Shown: positions 10,396-20,849 of the stretch, piece by piece | Layout: each line of letters starts with the position of its first letter | Numbering within the stretch: the first letter of the stretch is position 1 | Translations under genes and position numbers: made by a program | Notes under the pieces: model-generated | Databases searched by the model: none | What the model was told of the DNA's origin: nothing | The model's input: the letters and a program-made list of their open reading frames with translations, nothing else | NCBI GenBank assembly: GCA_004764695.1 | Contig: SMSO01000008.1 | Span: forward strand, 124,001 to 188,000 | Direction: 5' to 3' | From: Schizochytrium sp. TIO01 | Taxonomy: Eukaryota > Protista > Bigyra: Labyrinthulomycetes | Length of the DNA: 64,000 bases

Positions 10396-11835
10396 ATGCC
10401 CGTTCGCGAGATCTCCTCAGAGGATAGACGCGGCAAGCGCAAGGGTCGTAGCAGCGGCCATGAGGAGCGCCGCCGCAGCCGCCACTCTCGCGACAAGTTG
10501 CCTAAGACCCCCGAAAACCCCGAGCAGGAAGAACAGGATACGAAAAACTCAAAGGAGGAGCGAAACATTCATGATGTTATGAAGGAAGACATTGCCGACA
10601 TCAACTCTGTTGAGAAGCTGCCTCCGCAAGCAGTCGTTCTCCCGCCAGCTGCAGCAGCAGCAGCAGCAGCAGGTGCCGCTGTGGCAAGTGGGACGACCGA
10701 TCCTGTTTCAATGCAGGACATCAAGAATCTTTTGACTGAGCAGGTCAAGCCTAGCCGGCGTGGCGGGGGTATCTCAGCGGCTTACGGCGCAGCATACGCA
10801 GAGCTCTACTCGAACCTCTGCGAGTGCATTGTCCCACCGATGTATCTCTATTTCCGTCGCCTTTACCGCGAGGCTCAGGGCAAGAAAGCTTTCAAGGCTG
10901 CTCTTTGTAAAGTCCCTTACTGGAACAACAGCGAAATCCTCGAGCGCTGCCAGCAGATTGCAAAGAAGCGCCCTGATGTCGAGACTGTGTATCGCTACAG
11001 CTATGCGGCAAACGTTCTTCTGATGAGTGTGGTAGTGAAGGATGACGAGGGGTCCACTGACGAGGAGGTTGCAGTTCCCGATTTCGAGAAGTTCATCTTT
11101 CGGTGCTTTTGCGAGAGTGCTCGTCTTTTGTATGCCAATGCGGGTTGCATGGATCCCAGTCTGGACCCTGCCACGAAGCTGAGGGTGCGCAACGAGCTGG
11201 TCAGCGCGATGAACCGGAACGTGAGCACTGTGCTACGCGCTATGGCTCCTCTTACGCAGATCGCACCAGTTACCAAGGACCGCACTTCTTACGAGCAGAA
11301 ACTCCAGGAGGAGAAGCAGCAGCACTCCGCCGATGACTTCGAGGATGAAGAAGATGTGTCCGAAGAGGAGGAGGAAGAGGAGAATTCAGAAGAAGAAGAA
11401 GATCGGGACCAGCGAGAGGGCGCCGAGGGTGAAGAGGAGGAAGACTTTGAGTCGGATGATGTTTATGAGTGGAAGTCTGACGAGCGGGAGCAAATGGAGG
11501 ATAGAAAGAATTAACACGCTGGCAGCAAAAAGCGCGCAGCTGCTGGTTCCGCAAACGGTTCTGACGAAGAAAACGAAGAAGAAGAAGATGATTACTCTTC
11601 ATCAGGTTCCGACTACTCTTCTGATGAGGGTTCCGAGGAAGGCTCTGGCGACGAAGACGATTCTGAGTCGGAAGAAGAGTTCGAGCAGGATCATCGCCGT
11701 AAATCCAAGGCGCCTTCTGCCCAGGAGAATACTCGCAAGGTCTCAATGCACAAGAGCGCCATGCGCGGTGATTCAGAACGCGACCACAGGCGCCGCCGCG
11801 GGGGTTACAGCGAAGATGATGATGACTTTTATTAA
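10396..11835 (+). CDS. DUF5764-like giant-virus protein with long acidic tail, interrupted by an in-frame TAA at 11512-11514
   Basis: LCECIVPPMY...FKAALCKVPYWNNSEI...VPDFEKFIFRCFCESARLLY matches the recalled NCLDV family pattern. After the TAA the same frame continues for 106 acidic codons (HAGSKKRAAAGSANGSDEENEEEEDD...SEDDDDFY) to TAA 11833-11835. Confidence 0.7.
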
Positions 11836-11972
11836 CTTGAAGTGAAGAAAAGGGAAAGATGCAAATTTAGAAAAACGAATAATCGATTTTTTTCGGCCTG
11901 GTTAGATATGAAAAAGAGAAATTGTCCTTTTTATTAGAAGAAACCAAAACACACAACAACAAAAATACAAAC

Positions 11973-12596
11973 ATGCTTGGGCTTCTTCAGAACCTGCAAG
12001 CACCTGTGTTTGTGAAAGATCACGAGAGTGGTCAGGTTATAGGGCGCTTGCCTTGTGCTCTATGCACACTCCCTATAGCTCACACGGAAGCAGCGCGTAA
12101 GGAGCCGCTGGTGGCAAAAAGCGGTACTTCTCGGTTGCGGTACTGGCTAGAAAGGCTGGACGCGAACTTCTATACCCCTTATCCTTGGGCAGGTTTATTC
12201 GTGAAGAGTCTACCGCAAATCCTTTTTGCTGTAGCTATAGGAATGGTCCTGACTGACGCAAGTATGCTCGCATTTGCAGGAGACTATTTGATTCCGTTGT
12301 GTGCATTGATCTTCGCATTGTTAAACTTCGTGCCGCTAAGTAATAACCCTTTCGTGCTATTGAACGCAGCTTCCCAGCCTTCGAATAGTCTGCGTGGGCT
12401 CTTCCTTTGCTACACGAGCTCATTTGCATTCATGCTGGTAGCCCTGGTCACACTGGAAATGTTTTCCTTCGCAGTGCACGGGCTACAGGGAAGCCAGACA
12501 ATGCGTGTTGCGCGAAGCCTTGGTGCTGGTGTGCTGCTACTCGTGCCTTTCCTTACAATTTTCTACATCACTCTCGATAGAATCATTTTGATTTAG
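11973..12596 (+). CDS. Hypothetical membrane protein (N-terminal CxxC, four TM segments)
   Basis: ORF track; likely ATG at 11973. Confidence 0.7.
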   Translation: MLGLLQNLQAPVFVKDHESGQVIGRLPCALCTLPIAHTEAARKEPLVAKSGTSRLRYWLERLDANFYTPYPWAGLFVKSLPQILFAVAIGMVLTDASMLAFAGDYLIPLCALIFALLNFVPLSNNPFVLLNAASQPSNSLRGLFLCYTSSFAFMLVALVTLEMFSFAVHGLQGSQTMRVARSLGAGVLLLVPFLTIFYITLDRIILI

Positions 12597-12606
12597 TTTT
12601 GCTTTT

Positions 12607-13026
12607 CTATTCAACTGACCAGTTAGAAGGTGAGGTAGGAAAGTCGAAGCCTGTCGCACCCTGCTCTTCGCTATCTTCCTCGCTGTCTTCAAGCAAGGTA
12701 TCCGGAGAATCCATAAATCTCTTGTGTTCGAATGCGCCCTTGTTTCTCTCCTTCCATTCCAGCATTGCCGGGGCATTCTCATACAACTTAGCTACGTCTT
12801 TGGGGTGAGCGATCAAATGGGAATGGAGCTTGTGTGATTTTTTAGAGTTGATACGGCACGCCTCGGAGCAATAGAACGACTTCTCAGTATTGGGTGAGTC
12901 TTTCTTCGTGCAATCAATCACCCGAATGAACTCAGCCTCAGCTTTCGTTCCTTTCCAAGCCGCATCGTGTGTATAACCACACTGGGCGCAGTAAATCTTG
13001 CATGAAGAAGCGGGCAGAGCAGACAT
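12607..13026 (-). CDS. Small zinc-finger protein (CAQC...FYCSEAC, TRASH/MYM-like)
   Basis: CxxC ... CSxxC ligand pattern; ATG at 13026. Confidence 0.6.
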   Translation of the reverse strand: MSALPASSCKIYCAQCGYTHDAAWKGTKAEAEFIRVIDCTKKDSPNTEKSFYCSEACRINSKKSHKLHSHLIAHPKDVAKLYENAPAMLEWKERNKGAFEHKRFMDSPDTLLEDSEEDSEEQGATGFDFPTSPSNWSVE

Positions 13027-13172
13027 GTTTTTGTTTAGTTTTTTATTCCTGATTTCTTTCTCGTTCAAATTCTTTGTCTTTTTTATTTTCCTGATGGCTG
13101 CCTGCTGTGACTAGAGAGATATTCTGAATGACCAAGTAGATATTAAATTCCTTTGATTGTTTTCCAAAACTT

Positions 13173-13670
13173 TTATTTGCTAAAAAGAGCCTCGTCAAGA
13201 CCTGATGTGACTTCCTCAAAGTCTCGACTGAGCTTATGAATACGACTAAGGTTGTTCATAATTCCATTATCTTCGTCGTCACTCTCATCGACGCCATCTC
13301 CCCACTCAACGGCGCGCCGCAGTTCATCTTCTACGCCACTGCTGCGTGTCCAGTTCAGCCAGATCTGGTTGACTGTATAATCGAGGTGCCCAGATTCCTT
13401 GGGAGGGGTGAGTGATTGCTTCCTTACTGCATTTTCCATGTAAGAGAGCAAGCGATCAAAGATAAGAAGTGCTGCATACTGCGAAGCTGGTGAAAGGCAA
13501 GTCGATAGGCGGCGAAGAAGGTGATACTTGATCTCGCTTTTTGATTGCGATCCCTTCTGAATAGATTCCATCACAATAGGAAACTGCTCATTCACAAATT
13601 CAAGAGCATTAATCACTGCAATACGTACCAATTGCATAGTGTCAGAACGAGAGTCGTCTTTCCCACCCAT
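13173..13670 (-). CDS. Hypothetical protein (165 aa)
   Basis: ATG-initiated ORF flanked by AT-rich spacers like its neighbours. Confidence 0.65.
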   Translation of the reverse strand: MGGKDDSRSDTMQLVRIAVINALEFVNEQFPIVMESIQKGSQSKSEIKYHLLRRLSTCLSPASQYAALLIFDRLLSYMENAVRKQSLTPPKESGHLDYTVNQIWLNWTRSSGVEDELRRAVEWGDGVDESDDEDNGIMNNLSRIHKLSRDFEEVTSGLDEALFSK

Positions 13671-13963
13671 GTTTTGTTGTTCTTTTTTGTCTTGTCGCTT
13701 CTACAATTGAAAATTAAGTTGTTTTTGTTTCGTTTTTTGTTGTTTTCTTTCTTCTTTCAGATTGCAAAAACTAATAAATCACGTGTTTGGTTTTTGGAAA
13801 CTCAAAGGGAAAATATTTTGGTCTACAGATTTTCTCTGTCAAGATTTAAGATAGCATCCAAGAGATTTTATTTTCGAAATTTTCTTTGTTTCGACCAGCA
13901 ACCAAGAAGAAAAAGCAATAAATAAATAAAAGCACCAATCGCTTTATTCCCGGGACAGGAAAA

Positions 13964-14908
13964 ATGACCGCGACTACTTCCAGCCCTGCCGTTGACTCTC
14001 TCGTCATTCGTTTCTTCGTTGTGATTAAGGAGCTCGCGAATGGCCTCGCAAAGACCTACCCTAACAACATGAGTCTCAAGATGGCCGTCATGACCCTCGG
14101 CCTTGTTGGTAGCCCTAACAAGGCCGACAAGGCTAAGCGCTCGATGGTTGCTCACTGGCTCGAGCTGACCAAGGATTCCTTCAATGCCATCAAGCAGTGT
14201 GACGCTGAGGCCGTGGCCGACCTTTTTGATAATGATAGCAACCCTCTTGTGTCTGGCATTGGCGTTGGCAAGATTCTGAATGATCCCGCCGTCAGCGGCG
14301 CTGAGAAGGACAAGATCTGGGCTTACTTGAATACGCTTACGAAATTTGCTATGCAGGTTGATGGCAAGCTCGGCAACTTGGACGAGGACGAGGACACCGA
14401 CTGCGAGGAGGATGGAGAGGAACAGGAGCCCGAGGGAGTGCCGCATCCTGCTCCTGCGGCTCCTGCTACCGGGACTGCTTCTCCCACGCCGCCTGTTGAC
14501 TTGAACAACATCCTTCGGGGTGCCCTTCAGAACCTTCCTAAGATGATGGAAGCCTTGAACCAGGCACCCACTTCTGGTTCTGGTCCTGATGGTTCAGCCC
14601 CGCCTGTTGACTTGAACAACATCCTTCAGGGTGCTATTCAAAACCTTCCCAAGATGATGGAATTCGTGAACGAGTTCTTACAGACTCAAGATGGAGAGAA
14701 CCCTATCATGGACATGGTTAAGCAGATCTTGAACCCCAATGAGATGAATTCAGGGCTTATGAGTAACATCGTTGCGCTTGCTCAGTCAGAGTCTAACACG
14801 CATGGCAGTGTGATGGGCAGCGTCAAGGCCAAAACAGGTCTTGACGAGCAGCAAATTATGGACCGCCTGGAGCGCTATGAGAAGCTCAAGCGCCGCAGCC
14901 GCAGATGA
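13964..14908 (+). CDS. Conserved giant-virus hypothetical protein homolog with an internal duplication
   Basis: ELANGLAKTYP...AIKQCD...SGAEKDKIWAYLNTL resembles the NCLDV family EL..TFP...I..KDE...S..TK.AIWQYLQTL (recalled). PPVDLNNILxGAxQNLPKMME occurs twice. Confidence 0.65.
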   Translation: MTATTSSPAVDSLVIRFFVVIKELANGLAKTYPNNMSLKMAVMTLGLVGSPNKADKAKRSMVAHWLELTKDSFNAIKQCDAEAVADLFDNDSNPLVSGIGVGKILNDPAVSGAEKDKIWAYLNTLTKFAMQVDGKLGNLDEDEDTDCEEDGEEQEPEGVPHPAPAAPATGTASPTPPVDLNNILRGALQNLPKMMEALNQAPTSGSGPDGSAPPVDLNNILQGAIQNLPKMMEFVNEFLQTQDGENPIMDMVKQILNPNEMNSGLMSNIVALAQSESNTHGSVMGSVKAKTGLDEQQIMDRLERYEKLKRRSRR

Positions 14909-15011
14909 ACAAGATAATGAAACAAAATGAAAATACCGGTAAACGCGCGAGGCCTGAATTACAAGGAAGCGGCAATGCATTCCCTGTAAACCTAAAAGAT
15001 TAACACCTAAA

Positions 15012-15143
15012 TTCCCCGTGTTCCCGAATCAATATTATCATGGATTTACAAACTTCCAGGTACACATTCTTCCCCTTGTTCCCGAATCAATATTATCATG
15101 AATTTCTAAACTTCCAATTAATTCATGTTCCCCGTGTTCTCGA
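15012..15143. repeat. Intergenic tandem repeat, 58-bp period, ~2.3 copies
   Basis: TTCCCC(G/T)TGTT starts at 15012, 15070 and 15128; the first two copies share CCCGAATCAATATTATCATG..TTT..AAACTTCCA. Confidence 0.9.
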
Positions 15144-15409
15144 CCACGAGCGAGTACCAAGGTATGTGAACCACGCGGGATGACAAACAAACTTCCTAAA
15201 ACTCGCAACCCTGTTTACTGATTGGAACATCAGATCAATTTGATAGGAAAGTTAGAGACCTCTCTTACGTATCTATTACTCGGCTCTTCTTTTAATGAAA
15301 CAGACGACCAGCAAGGAAAGCTTTTTCGATGAAGCAAACCTGCAATCGAAGAGAGATCCAGAAAAAAAGGGGTGATAGAAGAATAACAAGAAGAATCAAC
15401 GTAAGTAAG

Positions 15410-15934
15410 ATGGATTTGAAAACCTTCGGCGATAATCTTATGGAGGTTATCCAGGCGGAAGGTTGTTCGACTGCGCGTTCCTTCTTCTTAGGTATCAACA
15501 GGAACCGCTGGGAAACCATCGACAAGTTTGACGATGATGTCGTGGAACACGCATTTCACAAGCTGGTCGGACACCTCCTTAATTGTCCCAATGATTGTGC
15601 GCACAAGGTTATCTCGGACGAACTCGAGAAGGAAATGTCTTCGATTTGCGAGCGCCACAACTTGGAGCTTACCGAGCGTGTGATTGCGACCGCTAAAGAT
15701 CAAAAGGAGCTTGATACTCTTTGTCAACAGCTCGGGAGTCTCATCAGATCGATCATCGAGGAATACAAAGTGCCTATGTGCATGTACTGCGAAGAAGATG
15801 AAGACGAATGCTGCTGCCAGCGCTGCGGGATTTGCAATAGTATCAATCCTGAGGGAGACCGCCACTCCAGTTGCCCTGCTTCTTGCGACTATCGCATTGC
15901 GTATGAGCAGGGCGACTTGATCTACTCTGACTAA
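15410..15934 (+). CDS. Hypothetical protein with Cys-rich C-terminus
   Basis: CMYC..ECCCQRCGIC..HSSCPASC; ATG at 15410 (upstream ATG at 15329 also possible). Confidence 0.65.
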   Translation: MDLKTFGDNLMEVIQAEGCSTARSFFLGINRNRWETIDKFDDDVVEHAFHKLVGHLLNCPNDCAHKVISDELEKEMSSICERHNLELTERVIATAKDQKELDTLCQQLGSLIRSIIEEYKVPMCMYCEEDEDECCCQRCGICNSINPEGDRHSSCPASCDYRIAYEQGDLIYSD

Positions 15935-16006
15935 AGATAACACATGCTTTTGTCTTCTTTTAATTCCTTCCTTTTTTAAAAAAACCGTAAAAACCTTCCT
16001 TGCTTA

Positions 16007-16834
16007 TTATACTCCGTAATTCACATCCCCTTTCATGATGTCTGAATAAGACGCCCTTTGTTTGACCAGCTTGGGATTAGAAACAATTCAGCGTTCTGGT
16101 TCCTTGTCCATGAGCTCGTGCCACGTCACATCAAGAGGTACAAAGTTCTTCCTCTTTGCAGCAGCTTCCCAGTGTTCTCTCAGTTTACCAGCATACTCCC
16201 TTCGCACGAGGTACGCAGAAGTTGTAAGACAGCCGTTTGCGGAGCAGCTGTGCTCTGTTCTTTTCTTCGTTTTGCCATTGCATGCCAAAAGACAGACTGA
16301 CCAGCTAGGGTCTTTCAGAAGCACCTTCAACTGCTCATTAGGGGAGCGCACGAGCCACTCTGCGTCGTCCTCTAGAATAAGGGCCACGCTCGGTTTAGCA
16401 GGATCGTTTTCGAAGGTCTTGAGGGCTTCAATGTGACTTAAGGCACAGCCCATGGCTCCGTCTGAGCGCTTTACAGCCTCGATGCGGTTTCTTGTTACTG
16501 TGGGGACCTCCAACCTCGGAAAGAAGTCGTTTTCCATGAGCTTTTTCCTGTCCTGGCGGTGGGCCAGATTAATGTAATAAGCAGCGAAGCTCGTTTCGTC
16601 CAATGAAAGACCTTCAACCCCTGAAGAGGTGGAAGAGGAAGATGAGGCGGCAGCAGAAGAACTACTACCTGCGCTGCGATTCGATGCTTTCTTCGCAATG
16701 AATACAATAATAAGCACAGTTGCAACGACCCAGCAAACACCTCCTGTGACCCACATGAGTTTCTTCGCAAGGGAGTTCACAGGCTTTTTGTTTTTCTTAG
16801 TGCCCTTCTTCCTGTGGATGCTGAGAGTTTTCAT
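16007..16834 (-). pseudogene. Glycosyltransferase family 25, membrane-anchored, with an in-frame TGA at 16088-16090
   Basis: YYINLAHRQDR, GCALSH and LILEDDA motifs. After the TGA the frame continues IVSNPKLVKQRASYSDIMKGDVNYGV to TAA 16007-16009, which is the expected GT25 C-terminal QRxSYSDI motif. The stop sits where a Trp is expected. Confidence 0.8.
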
Positions 16835-16883
16835 CGTTTCTTTCTCTAATTAAAAAATGGGTTTGGTTCTCGTCTTCTGTAGT

Positions 16884-17540
16884 CTAGGTAGCCTTTACAG
16901 TTCCGTTCATAGATTTATGCGCAGAGAATATCATGTGTGGGGCGACATTTCTTGTCGCGCGGTCGGTGTAAATAAAGCCGGGGTTGAGGTTTTTGAGTAG
17001 ATTTCGGGGTGCCTTACGCAGGCGTTCCCTTTCCGTCGCACCTATCCAGACCTGTAGGTTGTTTTTTCCTCCCTCGCTGTCAACTTGCTCGGCCAGTGTC
17101 GATTGATTGAGTGAATTGAGGAAAGCAGTGATGTGAGTCGTCCTGTTATCCTGCTTGGAAATTGCAACAACTAGCTTGCCCGCAAAATCAGTCCCTAAAT
17201 CATCTTCTATGGCCCGCATAATTACCTGCGCAAGGCCTTCAGAAACTGGAAAGCCGCCTCCAATATCAAAGTCTATATTCTGGCCGTACTTAAGCCTCGA
17301 GGAGCCAGGTAAGAGCGCCTCTGAGGTTTGTACAAGCCTCGTGCCAGCCTGTGCGTAGAGAGGTGGACCTGTAAGGTAGGGAGCGACATCCTCGAAAGCT
17401 AAACAAAGATTGTTGTTCTCGCTGCATTTAATTTTCTTCGCAGAATTGTACTTCTGGTTTAGAGCACGGTGAGTGGAAAGAACCAACACGAAGGCCGTTG
17501 TCAGGGCGAGGAATAAGTTTATTTCTGTTGGAACGGCCAT
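16884..17540 (-). CDS. Hypothetical protein with an N-terminal signal/anchor
   Basis: Likely start at ATG 17540 (MAVPTEINLFLALTTAFVLVL). Confidence 0.65.
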   Translation of the reverse strand: MAVPTEINLFLALTTAFVLVLSTHRALNQKYNSAKKIKCSENNNLCLAFEDVAPYLTGPPLYAQAGTRLVQTSEALLPGSSRLKYGQNIDFDIGGGFPVSEGLAQVIMRAIEDDLGTDFAGKLVVAISKQDNRTTHITAFLNSLNQSTLAEQVDSEGGKNNLQVWIGATERERLRKAPRNLLKNLNPGFIYTDRATRNVAPHMIFSAHKSMNGTVKAT

Positions 17541-17877
17541 TTGAAGTTTCTGTAGAACCAAATGTAAGTAGCAAAAGGAAGAAAAAAGCTCAGAAAGAAA
17601 GATACAAAAGACCGCAACCAAAAAAACAAAAGCTGCTGCAGTGCTCCGCGAGGCCCCAAGGCTGTATCTAACGACCAAAAGTATCCCGCCCCCCCTCAGA
17701 AAAAAAAGAATGGCTTAACGTTTTTTCTCTTTAGCAACACAATTGGAAAAAAGTCATAGGGCACGCTCAGATACTTAAGAAAAAAAGAAAATAACAGGTC
17801 GCAGAATCAAGTAAAATAAACAAATCGAATAAAAAGCAGCAGCAGAACCCCAATAGACCTGGGACGATGCCCGATAG

Positions 17878-18041
17878 TAGCTCTTTAACTTCCCACGGCC
17901 CCTCTGCTTTCTTGCTTGAGCACCGTAACGTTCAATTTCGCATTCCGAACTGGCTCCGCCGACAGTCTCTCATTAATTTGATCGCTATTGTCTCGTTCCC
18001 TGATTGATCGAGACGCAATCGGGGGAACGAAGTTAAGGCTA
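17878..18041 (-). ncRNA. Candidate structured RNA (multi-branch fold), unclassified
   Basis: Closing stem TAGCCTTAACTTC/GAAGTTAAAGAGCTA encloses four hairpins; G-U wobbles favour the minus strand. Confidence 0.35.
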
Positions 18042-18199
18042 GCCGCGGAACAGTGAGGAGAAAGAAAATGCGTGCGGAGAGCGCAGTCGCAACTCTTTGA
18101 GAGAACTTAAACTGGTGAGTGAGTTAAGCTAAAGCGGAGACTAAAGGAGCCTTGCTGGGTGTGAGCGTGGTGAGACTCTGGTGGCTGTGGGTAGCCGGG

Positions 18200-18475
18200 G
18201 ATATTGGGTATGCTTGGGAAGGTGTGTAGGTTATCTTGTTGCACGGTAGCGTGCACGATAACTCGTTGTGCGATAGCGTGCACGGTAAGAGGAAATCTTT
18301 TATCGGTAAAAGATTTTCGATAAAAGGAAAATTTCTTTTTAACTTTTCTTTTAAGTGAAAAGTAAAAGAAATTGTGGGTTGAAAGTTTTCTCTGTTTTTT
18401 CTTGATATGGAATATGAGGCGAATGCATTCATTAGACAACTTGTATGGAAATAGCCTAGAGGGCCAGGACACTAT
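18200..18475 (-). repeat. Dispersed repeat tail, with related copies at ~23400-23545 (same orientation) and ~26005-26230 (inverted)
   Basis: GGCGAATGCATTCATTAGACAACTTGTATGGAAATAGCCTAGAGGGCCAGGAC versus GGCGAATACATTCATAAGGCAACTTGTACAGAAATACCCTAGAGGGGCAGGAC, and the reverse complement at ~26005-26055. Confidence 0.75.
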
Positions 18476-18859
18476 GTAAAACCTCATACCTCGATCAGAT
18501 ACCGCTTTCTTAGCAATATCCAAGAGACTCACAACGCTGCTCAGATCGTTCTGAGAAAAAACGCGCTGATCCAGCCAGGTAGCAAAGAGAATTGTATTGT
18601 CAGGCACCTAATCAATGGCGTAAGAGGTAATAAGGTGGCCACGAAAGAAAGAAATTTGGAGACCACCAGGAGCAGTCCCTGCAATCGTGCGAGCTCGAAT
18701 ACCGCGCTTGATTGCATAAGTCTTGCCGGCCCCTGAGGGAGCAACGAGAAGGTAAATACCTGCCGGGTCATTCTTCATGCTGTTCTGTACAACTCTATCG
18801 AGAGCCCGTTCAGGAAGAGAAAGGTTTTCAAATTCTAGCAGGTCTGTGTCCTGTTCCAT
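18470..18859 (-). pseudogene. P-loop NTPase relic
   Basis: LLVAPSGAGKT Walker A. In-frame TAG at 18608-18610 (AID*VPD); the frame then continues into a dispersed repeat. Confidence 0.6.
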
Positions 18860-20849
18860 TTGATTTGCGAGCTCCTCACGCTCTGTATAATCATTGTTAG
18901 AGGAGCAAAAGCTAAACTTAGTAATCCAGACAAAAGTCGACCAATGGACAGGCAGTACCTAGATAATCTATATATAGTAATGTGGAGTTTATGGATATTG
19001 CAGAAACCGAATGCGTGCTACAGAAAGTATTATGATACGCATCCTCTATCAAAGTCCACTATGGAGCAACAACAATGTTATTATTACAATATTAATGTTC
19101 CCCTATCAACAAAAGTGATATAAGTCATATAATGGAGTGTCATGCATCTGAGCAAAGTAGTAGCCAAATACTCAGATAAAGAGCAAATTGATCAAAATCA
19201 TGGATTCATTGATCAATCAATTGATGGATTGTATGTTTTGATTTTAAAATGCCCCAGCTGTTAGATATATTCCGAAATTATTGTGAAAAAAATGAAGAAA
19301 AAAATAGCAGTGAATAATCATACATAACTTCTAGAATAATGAATGGAAAAAAAGCACACTCTCTAACATCTTAACACACATCATAATGCACTCGCTTCCC
19401 AGCTTTGGAAATATTCTGACCAATATTTGTGGTGAAGTAGCCATCTATACATACAATCTTTCAAAGTACAACTGTGATAGCTTTTAAAGGCTAGTACGAT
19501 GCTCTCCGCCACTTGATTATCAATTTGTATGTACTTCTCCAAGTAAATGAATGATAACATGTTAATATGCTTACACCCAATACCATTACAACACATGTCC
19601 ACTGATTCCTTGCAATTCTAAGAGGGTTTAAAGATATAATGTGTGCATAAATTAATTTACCTTGCTTAATGCTTCAATCTATTAACTGAATATTAATGTA
19701 AAATATCATAAAAAATTATATAAACTATAAAATATATATTATTTTTATAAAAATAAATAATATTATCATTTTAAACATAAAATGTGTAATAATTTATTAT
19801 ATATTAAATAATTAATATATTTTGTTATATTTAATCTATAATATACTTTATTTTGAGAATTAATCGTAGACTTTGATTGGTTTACAATTTAAATTCTACA
19901 GAAAGAAATGCAGGTGGGTTGGGTTGGGTATATTTCGGAATAGCTTGGGGTAGCCGAATGAGTTGGCACAGCTTACTAAGCTAATGATTAATAAATATAA
20001 TAAATAAACAATCTATTGAGTAATGTACATTTTTACAAGTTTCCTTCTGGTCGGGAAGAAATTAATGATTGTACATATTTATTTAATAATATTATATAAA
20101 TAACAATCTGCCACATGGATATGTATGTATGTACTTAAAAGTGTAAGGAGACATTCAACGGCTTAGGCTACTACTTAGTAACTAGTAACATACTGTTGAA
20201 CAACACATGCAATATTATATAATACAATAAGCAAGCCCCAAGACTTTCTACAATCTAGTAGGTAAGATCATGATGGATGCATCATGCTTATTTATTTGTG
20301 TGTATGTCCAAAAAAAGGAGAAGAGAAGATGCCCTTTGAAACAAACAGCTACTATATAATATATAATATATAATATAGTAGTTAGTATAAAGTCTAAACT
20401 TATAGTATATTCAACAAATCAATCCTCTTGAGTTCACAGCTGTGGACATCTTAGTAACCTATCATTGACATTTAATGTCCAAGGCAACTAACTACCCAAA
20501 TTTGACCAACCTTTTTCTACCGTTGTTAAGTTTGATGAACCTAGCTAGGATGATAGAGTTTTGTAAAAACGATTATAGTTAATCTGATTAAGTAGCATTA
20601 CCTATACAAATATCTCCTTATTCTAGCAAGCTAGCTACTAACATGGCATACATGACCGGTAGAGCGGTGATGCGTCGATGCAAAATCTATACTATTAGCA
20701 TAACTGTGAGATATAAAAACCTACATTCAAGAATTCAGCATAAAAATCAATAAACAAAGAGACTCCTTCAAGATGAAACCAGATTAGAGTAAAAGTGTAA
20801 AGCGAAAGGCTTTTTGATAGCAACTTTTCTGCTGGTAAAGATTAAAATT

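Larger units (their letters stand above)
1..18100. mobile_element. Giant-virus-derived endogenous segment (Nucleocytoviricota-like gene content); left end lies outside the window, right boundary approximate
   Basis: About 16 intronless ORFs packed with short AT-rich spacers or overlaps. Three resemble conserved NCLDV families (7468, 10396, 13964). Also an HNH nuclease, a GT25 and many ORFans. Abrupt switch to AT-rich non-coding DNA after ~18.9 kb. No capsid or polymerase hallmark gene is visible in the window. Confidence 0.75.

Noticed and set aside
11333-11845. 170-aa basic ORF in the track
   Set aside because: Shifted-frame shadow of the acidic tail of the 10396 gene, which continues in its own frame past the TAA.
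10396-18859. Alternative genetic code explaining the in-frame stops
   Set aside because: The three interrupting stops are all different (TAA, TGA, TAG) and each type also terminates intact genes in the window.
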